A stretch of 64,000 bases of DNA, taken from assembly GCA_964409365.1 (NCBI GenBank), contig CAYPCX010000001.1, positions 64,684-128,683 of the forward strand, given 5' to 3'. Below, in pieces: positions 19,330 through 27,656 of this stretch. This DNA comes from an uncultured Planctomycetia bacterium (GTDB lineage: Bacteria > Omnitrophota > Gorgyraeia > Tantalellales > Tantalellaceae). The notes under the pieces were generated by a model. That model made no database searches, was not told the DNA's origin, and was given only the letters and a program-made list of their open reading frames with translations. Both the position numbers and the translations under genes were made by a program. Every line of letters begins with the position of its first letter. Within the stretch, counting starts at the first letter, position 1.

Positions 19330-22221
19330 ATGCCCATTAAAATTAGGATATTCAGGATATTATTTATTTTTATACTGATCACCGCTCTTGAGGCGGGGGT
19401 TTTCCCCCGGCAGTGTCTGGCGTTCATGGACGAGGTCCTGTCCTTTATCCCGTCCAAAACAGCTACTTCCGAAGAAGACCAGGAAGAAGAAAAGGATGCT
19501 TCACGCGCCCAGACGGTCGATAAACTCCTCACAAAGGCGCGAAAACTGCGTTATCAGAAGAACTTCAGATCGGCGCGTGCCCACGCCGAAAAAGCCCTTA
19601 AAATAGACCCGGACAATCCGCTCGCGCTCGCTTTCCTGGAACAGCTCAGCAAGGAGGAGGAGATCCACCAGGAGGACCTGAAGCGCCTGAAGGAAGAAAA
19701 AGAAGAGGCAAAAAGGCGTAAAAAACTCGAGAAAGAGGCCAAGAAAAGGGAACGGGAAGAGGCAAAGCAGCGCAAGCTCGCGGAACGTGAAGCCCTGAAG
19801 AAGAAAAAAGAAGAGGAACAGGCCGCGAAAGAAAAGGCTAAACTGGAAGCGAAGGCGAAGAAGAAAGCCGAACTCGAAGCGCGCAGGAAAAAGGTCGAAG
19901 AGGAAGCCCCGCCTGCGCCCGAGAGAAAGGTCGAAGAGAAAGTTCCACCCGTCCCCGAAGAGGAAGTCGGAAAAGAAGCGCCTCCGGTACCCGCGAAAAA
20001 GGTCGAGGAAGAAATAACGGTCCCCGAGGAAAAAAAGGTCCCTCCTGAAGAAAAAAGACCTCCCGCCAAAGAAGAAGAAAAGAAAGAGGAAAAGATACCC
20101 TCTGCAGTAAAGGAAGAGGATCTTTTCAAGATGAAGCCCGGACAGCCCATCATAGTCGACGGCGACAAAGTGGAATATTTCGAAGAGGACGGCAGGATAA
20201 AGGCCGAGGGCAATGTGTCCATTACTTACGGGGATGTCAAGCTTACCTGTGATTATATAGAGGTCAACACTAAAGGAAAAGTGGCGCTCTGCGAAGGCAA
20301 TGTCCGCATCGAACAGGCGGATGGCACCCTGACCGGCGACCGCATACGGTACGATTTCGGGAAGAAAGAGGGCGAAATAATCGGCGCGGAGGTAAAGGCA
20401 TACCCCTGGTTCGGCCAGGCGGAAGAAACGGGCAAGGTGGGGCCGAACGAATATCTCCTGAAGAAGGGCTTTATAACTACCTGCGACCTGGATAAGCCGC
20501 ATTACCGCATCAGCGCGGGGGAAATAAGGGTCTTTCCCGACGAGAAGGTCATAGCGAAGAACGCCGTTTTTTACCTGGGCAAGGTGCCGGTCCTGTGGGT
20601 CCCGTATTATTACCATCCCATCATCCAGAGCCGGGCGAAGGTCCAGTTCATACCCGGCTGGAACAGCGACTGGGGATACTTCCTGCTTTCCGCTTCTAGG
20701 TTCTACATCAAGGGGAACACGAAGGTGGACGTCCTGCTCGATTACCGTACCCAGAAAGGTTTCGCCGAAGGCGCCAACCTTTATTATTTCATGGAAGATT
20801 TCGGGCTTCCGGACCTCGGGGAAGGTATCTTCCGTTCGTATTTCATACAACAGAACGATTGGGGAACGTACAAGCCCACGGCGTTCCGTGACGATGACGT
20901 CAAACCGAAGCACAGGAACAGGTTCCAGTGGAAGCACAGGATAGACTTCGATTCCGATACCGTGGGAATGCTTGAAATGAACAAGATGAGCGATGAATAC
21001 GTGCTCAAGGACTATTTTTACAACGAGTACGAAGAAAACAACGTCATACCGGATAACTACATCTCTGTCATCTCTGCGAAGCGCAATTACATCTTCAGCA
21101 TCATGGGGAACAGGCGTTTGGATGATTTTTACACGGTCACGCAGCGTCTTCCCGAGGCGAAACTGGAAATACCCGACCAGAGGCTGTGGAACACACCGCT
21201 CTATTACGGCAGTGAGATGTCCGCGACGAGATTCGAGAAGGAATACGCCTGGGAGAAGGACCCGCCCGAAGATGTCAACAGGTTCGATACTTATCACAAG
21301 CTTTCGTATGTCGGCAAGCTCGGTCCGGTGAATCTCACGCCTTTCGGCGAAATAAGAGAGACGTTATATTCCAGAACGAGGTGGGATGGGGACGATATCA
21401 CGGCGCGGACCTCGTTCAGCGGCGGGATCAAAGCATTCTCGCGCCTTTCCCGCATATTCGACTTCAATACGGATAAGTGGGGTTTTGATATAAACAAATT
21501 GCGGCATATCATCGTCCCCAGTGTGCTGTATTTTCACAGGCACCAGCCTACCGTGGATAAGGACAACCTGTTACAGATGGATGCGCTGGATAAACTCGAG
21601 AAAGAGAACTATGTCAACCTCGCCCTGGAGAATAAGCTGCAGACAAAACGTTCCGGCGGCAAAGTGGTTGACCTTGTCAGGTTCATAACGAGCGTGGATT
21701 TCCTTTGGCGCATGAAGAAGAACAACTACCAGTTCGAAGAAGACGGGAAGTTCCGCAACCTCAAGTTCGACCTGGAACTTTCGCCGTATCCGTGGCTGTA
21801 TATCGATACTGAAATGGAAGTAGCCCCCAAGAACCAGGCCGTCGCCACGGGCAGTCTCGAAGCGACTATCCATCCCGTTGACTGGTTCAATATGGCCCTG
21901 GGATACAGATACGAGAAAATGATGCCGGAACCGAGGAACCAGCTCACCTTCGATCTCTGGTGCCGGCTCAACCCGAAATGGAAATTCGGATGGTACGAAA
22001 GGTTCGATCTGCAGAAGACCACCATCGAGGAACAGCAGTTCTCCATCGTAAGGGACCTCCACTGCTGGGAGGTAGAGGTGGTCTGCGACATAGACGGCCC
22101 GAATCCTTTGCAGGACGAGCTCACGTTCTGGCTGGCCTTTACGATAAAGGCGTTCCCGGACCTGCAGCTGGGCCTGAGCAGGTCCTTCACAAAGCGCCCG
22201 CCCGGTTCCCTGAGACGCTGA
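19330..22221 (+). CDS. lptD: LPS-assembly protein LptD/OstA with a ~230-aa N-terminal extension (TPR-like, then KE-rich coiled coil, then PPAP/PPVP proline repeats)
   Basis: Signal peptide, then residues 270-420 match the OstA N-terminal beta-jellyroll (MKPGQPIIVDGDKVEYFEEDGRIKAEGNVSITYGDVKLTCDYIE...), followed by a long beta-barrel region rich in aromatic/Gly alternation. Confidence 0.7.
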   Translation: MPIKIRIFRILFIFILITALEAGVFPRQCLAFMDEVLSFIPSKTATSEEDQEEEKDASRAQTVDKLLTKARKLRYQKNFRSARAHAEKALKIDPDNPLALAFLEQLSKEEEIHQEDLKRLKEEKEEAKRRKKLEKEAKKREREEAKQRKLAEREALKKKKEEEQAAKEKAKLEAKAKKKAELEARRKKVEEEAPPAPERKVEEKVPPVPEEEVGKEAPPVPAKKVEEEITVPEEKKVPPEEKRPPAKEEEKKEEKIPSAVKEEDLFKMKPGQPIIVDGDKVEYFEEDGRIKAEGNVSITYGDVKLTCDYIEVNTKGKVALCEGNVRIEQADGTLTGDRIRYDFGKKEGEIIGAEVKAYPWFGQAEETGKVGPNEYLLKKGFITTCDLDKPHYRISAGEIRVFPDEKVIAKNAVFYLGKVPVLWVPYYYHPIIQSRAKVQFIPGWNSDWGYFLLSASRFYIKGNTKVDVLLDYRTQKGFAEGANLYYFMEDFGLPDLGEGIFRSYFIQQNDWGTYKPTAFRDDDVKPKHRNRFQWKHRIDFDSDTVGMLEMNKMSDEYVLKDYFYNEYEENNVIPDNYISVISAKRNYIFSIMGNRRLDDFYTVTQRLPEAKLEIPDQRLWNTPLYYGSEMSATRFEKEYAWEKDPPEDVNRFDTYHKLSYVGKLGPVNLTPFGEIRETLYSRTRWDGDDITARTSFSGGIKAFSRLSRIFDFNTDKWGFDINKLRHIIVPSVLYFHRHQPTVDKDNLLQMDALDKLEKENYVNLALENKLQTKRSGGKVVDLVRFITSVDFLWRMKKNNYQFEEDGKFRNLKFDLELSPYPWLYIDTEMEVAPKNQAVATGSLEATIHPVDWFNMALGYRYEKMMPEPRNQLTFDLWCRLNPKWKFGWYERFDLQKTTIEEQQFSIVRDLHCWEVEVVCDIDGPNPLQDELTFWLAFTIKAFPDLQLGLSRSFTKRPPGSLRR

Positions 22222-22246
22222 TAGAGGGCGCAAAGCCCCAATGCTA

Positions 22247-22275
22247 TTGCCTCTCAGGCGACAATATGCTATAAT
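22247..22275 (+). promoter_or_regulatory. sigma70-like promoter at the head of the glycan cluster
   Basis: TTGCCT (22247-22252), 17-nt spacer, TATAAT (22270-22275). About 235 nt upstream of the rmlA-like start. Confidence 0.5.
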
Positions 22276-22508
22276 CACACGTTATTCAAGAGGGAATTAT
22301 TGTCATAATAATCAACCATATTAATAACATATGAGCAAATATATAAAAGATGGCGTGAAGAACATACCGTTCGATTGGAGAACGTAGTTATGAGAGTACC
22401 AAGTATTGAGTGTCAAGTATCAAGGTTGGGGTGGAGGCGATTCCATGTCGTCCTTGATACTCGACATTTGATACTCGATACTTACTGTATTGTTTCTGAG
22501 GAGGTAAA

Positions 22509-23249
22509 ATGAAGGGAGTGATACTAGCCGGCGGCCTGGGCACGCGGCTTCACCCGCTTACAAAGATAACGAACAAGCATCTTCTTCCCATTTATGACAA
22601 GCCCATGATCTATTATCCGCTTAAAGCCCTGGTAGAGGCGGGGATAACCGACATAATGATAGTTACCGGCGGGCCCCACGCCGGTAACTTCCTGCGCCTT
22701 CTGGGTAACGGCCACGAGTTCGGCCTGAAAGGCATAAATTACGCATACCAGGAGAACGAAGGCGGCATAGCCGAAGCGCTGGGTCTGGCGGAACACTTCG
22801 TCGACGGGGACAAGGTAGTGGTGATATTGGGGGACAATATCATTGAAAAGAACATAAAAAATGACGTAAAAGAGTTCGCCGGCCAGCCGGAGGGTGCCAG
22901 GATACTGATAAAAGAAGTGGCCAACCCCGAACGTTTCGGGGTGGTGGAGTTCGAAAAGGATCGCATTGTTCGTATCGTCGAAAAGCCCAGAAAGCCGAAA
23001 ACGAACTACATCGTCACCGGTATCTATATGTATGACAGCCAGGTGTTCGATTTTATAAAAGGCCTAAAGCCTTCCGACAGGGGAGAACTTGAGATAACCG
23101 ATGTCAACAATATGTACATCGGAAAAAAACAATTGAACTATTCCGTTCTTGACGGATGGTGGACCGACGCGGGGACTTTCGAATCGCTTCTCAGGGCCAA
23201 CCGGCTCGCGGCAGAGAAGACAGAGGACAGAAGGCAGAGGACAGAATGA
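22509..23249 (+). CDS. sugar-1-phosphate nucleotidyltransferase, short-form glucose-1-phosphate thymidylyltransferase-like; C-terminal KTEDRRQRTE tail encoded by the heptamer repeat
   Basis: MKGVILAGGLGTRLHPLTKITNKHLLPIYDKPMIYYPL. 246 aa. AGGAGG RBS. Confidence 0.8.
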   Translation: MKGVILAGGLGTRLHPLTKITNKHLLPIYDKPMIYYPLKALVEAGITDIMIVTGGPHAGNFLRLLGNGHEFGLKGINYAYQENEGGIAEALGLAEHFVDGDKVVVILGDNIIEKNIKNDVKEFAGQPEGARILIKEVANPERFGVVEFEKDRIVRIVEKPRKPKTNYIVTGIYMYDSQVFDFIKGLKPSDRGELEITDVNNMYIGKKQLNYSVLDGWWTDAGTFESLLRANRLAAEKTEDRRQRTE

Positions 23250-24223
23250 GGTTACTGGTAACGGGTGGATGCGGTTTTATAGGCTCCAACTTTATAAGGC
23301 ATTTGCTTATCCGGTACAAGGACATCCGTATCGTCAATCTGGATAAACTCACATACTGCGGCAATCCGGAGAACCTTTCGGACGTGGCGGATGACGCACG
23401 CTATTCTTTCGTGAAAGGGGATATTTGCGACGAAAAACTGGTAGGGGACCTTGTGGCCGACGTCGACGCTGTCGTAAATTTCGCGGCTGAAACGCATGTG
23501 GACAGGTCCATCAAATATCCTGACGATTTTTTGATGACCAACGTATACGGCGTAAAGGTCCTTTTAGCGGCGGCCAAAGGTTCGGGATTGACCAGATTCG
23601 TCCAGATAGGGACCGACGAGGTGTACGGGAGCGTCGAGGAAGGGTTTTCGAAAGAGGAAGACCCCCTTAAGCCCAAAAGCCCTTACTCGGCGACGAAGGC
23701 CGCCGGAGACCTTTTGGCGCTGTCGTATCACGCCACATACGGTTTGCCGGTGATAGTGGCAAGGAGCTCCAACAATTTCGGGCCATATCAGTATCCCGAA
23801 AAGGTGGTACCCCTTTTCATAACGAACCTTATGCGCGGGAAAAAGGTCCCGTTATACGGTGACGGAGGCAACGTGAGGGATTGGCTGTACGTGGGGGATA
23901 ATTGCGCGGCGGTAGACCTTATACTGCACTCCGGCCGCCCCGGTGCGATATATAATATCGGCGGAGGGAACTGTCTGACCAATCTTGAGCTTACGGAAAA
24001 GATACTTTCAGTGACGGGAAAAGGCGGCGAGTTCATAGAATACGTCAATGACCGGCCCGGGCACGACAGGCGTTATGCGCTCGATTCTTCCAGGGTGACC
24101 CGGCTCGGCTGGGCTCCGGAAGCGGATTTTACGAGCGATCTCAAGGAAACGGTCGACTGGTACAGGAATAACGAGGACTGGTGGGGCCCGCTGAAGGACA
24201 AAGCGGAGATCATAGAGTGGTGA
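23246..24223 (+). CDS. rfbB: dTDP-glucose 4,6-dehydratase
   Basis: MRLLVTGGCGFIGSNF...YSATKAAGD (YxxxK). Start ATG overlaps the upstream stop (ATGA). Confidence 0.9.
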   Translation: MRLLVTGGCGFIGSNFIRHLLIRYKDIRIVNLDKLTYCGNPENLSDVADDARYSFVKGDICDEKLVGDLVADVDAVVNFAAETHVDRSIKYPDDFLMTNVYGVKVLLAAAKGSGLTRFVQIGTDEVYGSVEEGFSKEEDPLKPKSPYSATKAAGDLLALSYHATYGLPVIVARSSNNFGPYQYPEKVVPLFITNLMRGKKVPLYGDGGNVRDWLYVGDNCAAVDLILHSGRPGAIYNIGGGNCLTNLELTEKILSVTGKGGEFIEYVNDRPGHDRRYALDSSRVTRLGWAPEADFTSDLKETVDWYRNNEDWWGPLKDKAEIIEW

Positions 24224-24228
24224 TAAGA

Positions 24229-24302
24229 AGGTCGAGGTTCAGGTTGAGGTTTAGACATAGGAATTTGCAGAGGTTAGACCTTAACCTAGACCTTAACCTT
24301 GC
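24229..24302. repeat. intergenic short tandem repeats (GGTTGAGGTT and GACCTTAACCT families)
   Basis: ggtcgaggttcaggttgaggtttagac...ggttagaccttaacctagaccttaaccttg. Confidence 0.8.
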
Positions 24303-24317
24303 TTCACGTATTGATAC

Positions 24318-25229
24318 ATGAAGATACTCATTACAGGTTCGAACGGCATGCTGGGCACGGAGCTGTGTAAGGTGCTGGCGGCAGACCATGAGGTCGCCGG
24401 TCTGGATATTATCAGGTCTCAGGTCTCAGGGCGCAGGTCGCAGGTGTTTTATGAAGGGGACATAACCGATCCGGACCGGGTGGATGAGGTGATCGAGGAA
24501 GCGCGGCCGGACCTGGTTATCCACGCCGCGGCATGGACCGATGTCGACGGTTGTGAAAATGACCCGGACAAAGCATATGCCGTGAATACGGACGGGACAT
24601 ATAATCTGGTCAAATCCGCCGGCAAAAGAGATATACCGTTCCTCCTGATAAGCACTGACTTCGTTTTCGAAGGAGAAAAGGGAACGCCTTACGATGAAGG
24701 TGAGGAAGGAAGTCCCTTGAGTGTTTACGGTAAGAGCAAGTGGCGGGCCGAACAGCTGGTCAAGCGAGCACTTAGCCGCTTTGCCATAGTAAGGACCAGC
24801 TGGCTGTACGGCGCGGGGGGCAGGAATTTCGTGGATACCGTTATCGCCAAAGCCAAAAGCGGCGAAGCCCTGAGAGTAGTGAACGACCAGGTCGGTTCAC
24901 CGACATATGCCGGGGACCTTGCAAAAGCGTTAAAGGACCTTATTGCCGCTGTGGACGGGTTCAGCGGAGAAGTCTACCACATATCGAATTCCGGACAATG
25001 CTCATGGTATGATTTCGCCTGCCGCGCCTTGGAAGAGGCCGGTGTAGATGCCGAAGTGAGTGAGATAACTTCGGCGGAACTCGACAGGCCCGCGCCGAGG
25101 CCGAAGTTCTCGGTGATGAGCACTGAGAAGTTCAGCGGTATCGTGGGACGTAAGATGCGCCCGTGGGAAGATGCGCTGAGAGAATATATAAATGATTGGT
25201 ATGGAGGTTCTGGGGACACGTCTGCGTAG
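24318..25229 (+). CDS. rfbD: dTDP-4-dehydrorhamnose reductase, with a microsatellite-derived insertion (SQVSGRRSQV) near the N-terminus and the last 8 codons supplied by the palindromic element
   Basis: MKILITGSNGMLGTEL...Y..K catalytic pair. Internal caggtctcaggtctcagggcgcaggtcgcagg at 24415-24446. Confidence 0.85.
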   Translation: MKILITGSNGMLGTELCKVLAADHEVAGLDIIRSQVSGRRSQVFYEGDITDPDRVDEVIEEARPDLVIHAAAWTDVDGCENDPDKAYAVNTDGTYNLVKSAGKRDIPFLLISTDFVFEGEKGTPYDEGEEGSPLSVYGKSKWRAEQLVKRALSRFAIVRTSWLYGAGGRNFVDTVIAKAKSGEALRVVNDQVGSPTYAGDLAKALKDLIAAVDGFSGEVYHISNSGQCSWYDFACRALEEAGVDAEVSEITSAELDRPAPRPKFSVMSTEKFSGIVGRKMRPWEDALREYINDWYGGSGDTSA

Positions 25230-25262
25230 ACGGCATGTAGACAACCAGACATGTCCCCAGAA
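25204..25262. repeat. palindromic element copy 1 (17-bp inverted arms TTCTGGGGACACGTCTG / CAGACATGTCCCCAGAA around a 21-bp core), overlapping the rfbD stop
   Basis: gaggttctggggacacgtctgcgtagacggcatgtagacaaccagacatgtccccagaa. The arms are complementary with one C/A mismatch. Confidence 0.9.
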
Positions 25263-25285
25263 TATACTTTTATAGTAATAGGAGA

Positions 25286-26602
25286 ATGATGAGCGCATAT
25301 ACAGAGCTGAAAAAGAAGATACAGAGCGGGAAAGCGGTCGTCGCGGTCGTCGGGCTCGGTTATGTGGGCCTGCCGATAGCCATCGAGTTCTGTAGGAAAG
25401 GTTATAAGGTCCACGGGCTGGACTCGAACAAGAGGCGTATCGGGAGGCTGAAAAAAGGCATCTCTTACATAGAGGATATCCCTTCCGCCGATATCCGCAA
25501 AGCGGTCAAAGGGAAAAAGTTCAATGTTACCTCGAGTAGTTCTGTCCTGAACGGCGCCGACGTTATAATAGTCTGCGTGCCGACGCCCCTGAGGAAGGTA
25601 AAGACGCCGGATATCTCTTATATCGTCAAGGCCAGCCGGTCGCTCAGCGAACGTATGAGGTCCGGTCAGCTGATAATAATAGAGAGCACGACATATCCGG
25701 GCACGACAAGGGACGTCATATTGCCTATATTGCGCAAAAGCGGCCTTGAACTCGATAAAGACTTTTACCTGGCGTTCTCTCCGGAGAGGATAGATCCGGG
25801 CAACCCGAAATACGACCTCACCAACATACCTAAAGTGGTAGGCGGCCTCACCAGGAAGGGAACGGAACTTTCCAGGATGATCTATTCCAAGATCATCGAT
25901 CGCGTGGTAAGCGTATCGAGCGCCGAAGCGGCCGAAGTGACCAAACTTCTGGAGAACACGTTCCGTATAGTGAACATCGGCCTTATCAACGAGTTCGCCA
26001 TGCTGTGCTATAAGCTGGGCATAGACGTCTGGGAGGTCATAGATGCGGCGAAGACTAAGCCGTTCGGATACATGCCGTTCTACCCGGGCCCCGGTATAGG
26101 CGGCCATTGCATACCCGCAGACCCGATGTACCTGTCCTGGAAGGCCCGCAAGGTGGGATTCAGGACGGAGATGGTCGACCTGGCCGCGCGTATAAACCGT
26201 ATGCTGCCGATGCATACGGTAAAGAGGGTGGGTGAACTCCTGAGACGGGACAAGAAAAGTTTCAGAGAGGCGAAGATACTTCTGTTAGGCGTAGCGTATA
26301 AAAAGGACGTGAACGATCTTCGTGAGTCGCCGGCGCTGGAGATCATCGAGACGCTCAGGAAGAAAAAAGCGGACGTGTCTTATCACGATCCTTATATCCC
26401 GTATCTTGACGTTTACGGTATCAAATTGAAGTCCAGGCCGCTGACGCCGTTGATGCTGAAGGGACAGGACGCGGTTGTTATAGTCGCCGCTCATACCGGG
26501 GTCGATTACAAGATGATAGCCGGGAACGCGAAAGCCGTTCTGGATACGAGAAATGTGATGGGGAAGCTCGGTATAGAGGGAGACAATATCGTAAAACTGT
26601 GA
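25286..26602 (+). CDS. nucleotide-sugar dehydrogenase (UDP-N-acetyl-D-mannosamine/glucosamine dehydrogenase family, WecC/WbpA-like)
   Basis: VVGLGYVGLPIA Rossmann fold, catalytic GGHCIP, and a C-terminal UDPG_MGDP_dh domain. Confidence 0.85.
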   Translation: MMSAYTELKKKIQSGKAVVAVVGLGYVGLPIAIEFCRKGYKVHGLDSNKRRIGRLKKGISYIEDIPSADIRKAVKGKKFNVTSSSSVLNGADVIIVCVPTPLRKVKTPDISYIVKASRSLSERMRSGQLIIIESTTYPGTTRDVILPILRKSGLELDKDFYLAFSPERIDPGNPKYDLTNIPKVVGGLTRKGTELSRMIYSKIIDRVVSVSSAEAAEVTKLLENTFRIVNIGLINEFAMLCYKLGIDVWEVIDAAKTKPFGYMPFYPGPGIGGHCIPADPMYLSWKARKVGFRTEMVDLAARINRMLPMHTVKRVGELLRRDKKSFREAKILLLGVAYKKDVNDLRESPALEIIETLRKKKADVSYHDPYIPYLDVYGIKLKSRPLTPLMLKGQDAVVIVAAHTGVDYKMIAGNAKAVLDTRNVMGKLGIEGDNIVKL

Positions 26603-26610
26603 ACAGCACT

Positions 26611-26669
26611 GAGGTTCTGGGGACACGTCTGCGTAGACGGCATGTAGACAACCAGACATGTCCCCAGAA
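26611..26669. repeat. palindromic element copy 2, immediately after the dehydrogenase stop and 30 nt before the epimerase start
   Basis: gaggttctggggacacgtctgcgtagacggcatgtagacaaccagacatgtccccagaa is identical to copy 1 over 59 bp. Confidence 0.9.
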
Positions 26670-26699
26670 TATGTTTTTATAGTTACGGAAAGGAAAAAC

Positions 26700-27653
26700 A
26701 TGGCAAAGTATCTGGTTACCGGAGGAGCGGGGTTCATAGGTTCTAACATTGTGGAACAGCTGGTGGGGCGCGGTGAGGAGGTACGCGTCCTTGACAATCT
26801 TTGCACGGGCAGCGAAGATAACCTGGCCCCGTTCAGGGACAGCATAGATTTCCGTAAAGGGGATATCCGCAGCGAGGAAGATGCCAGGTCCGCGCTTCAG
26901 GGTATCGATTATGTCCTACATCAGGCGGCCCTGAGGAACGTCGCCAGGAGCGTGGAACAGCCGGTGGAAGTGAACGACGTCAACGTGTACGGGACGTTGA
27001 ACCTTCTGCTCCGGGCGAAAGAGGCCGGGGTCAAAAGGGTGGTCTATGCCTCGTCCAGTTCCGTGTACGGGGATTGCGATACCTTTCCGGAAAAGGAGAC
27101 GTTCACCCCGGATCCGATATCCCCCTACGCGGTCAGTAAACTGGCGGCGGAACATTACTGCCGGATGTTCAGCGTGACTTTCGGCCTCGAGACGGTAAGC
27201 CTGAGGTACTTCAACGTTTTCGGCCCCAGGCAGAACCCCGAATCGAAATATTCGGCGGTAATACCGGCGTTCATCTCGCGGCTGGAGAAAGACGAGCCCT
27301 GCCAGATACACGGCGACGGCAACCAGTCGCGCGATTTTACCTTTGTTTCGAACGTGGTGGATGCCAACCTGGCCGCCTGCGGTGTTCCGGAGGCCTCGGG
27401 TCGGGTCTTCAACGTGGCCTGCGGTTGTGATTTTTCCGTCAACCAGGTGGCCGAAGAGCTGAAGAAGATAATGGGTAAAGATATAAAGTCGGTCCACGAG
27501 CCGAGACGCCAGGGAGACGTAATAAGGACGTTCGCGGATATAAGCGCTCTAAAGGGTGTCCTTGGAGTGGAGCCCGGAGTAGATTTTCATGAAGGGCTCA
27601 AGCGGACGGTGGAATGGTTCGTCGGCAAGAAAAAAGTAAAAGGGAAGAGCTGA
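26700..27653 (+). CDS. NAD-dependent nucleotide-sugar epimerase (WbpP/CapI-like)
   Basis: MAKYLVTGGAGFIGSN...YAVSKLAAE. Start moved to the ATG at 26700 (RBS GGAAAGGAAAAAC); the 26658 start of the ORF track lies inside the palindromic element. Confidence 0.8.
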   Translation: MAKYLVTGGAGFIGSNIVEQLVGRGEEVRVLDNLCTGSEDNLAPFRDSIDFRKGDIRSEEDARSALQGIDYVLHQAALRNVARSVEQPVEVNDVNVYGTLNLLLRAKEAGVKRVVYASSSSVYGDCDTFPEKETFTPDPISPYAVSKLAAEHYCRMFSVTFGLETVSLRYFNVFGPRQNPESKYSAVIPAFISRLEKDEPCQIHGDGNQSRDFTFVSNVVDANLAACGVPEASGRVFNVACGCDFSVNQVAEELKKIMGKDIKSVHEPRRQGDVIRTFADISALKGVLGVEPGVDFHEGLKRTVEWFVGKKKVKGKS

Positions 27654-27656
27654 AAA

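Noticed and set aside
22222..22245. GGGCGCAAAGCCCC hairpin after lptD as a terminator
   Set aside because: Only a 4-bp stem with no following T-tract. Too weak to call.
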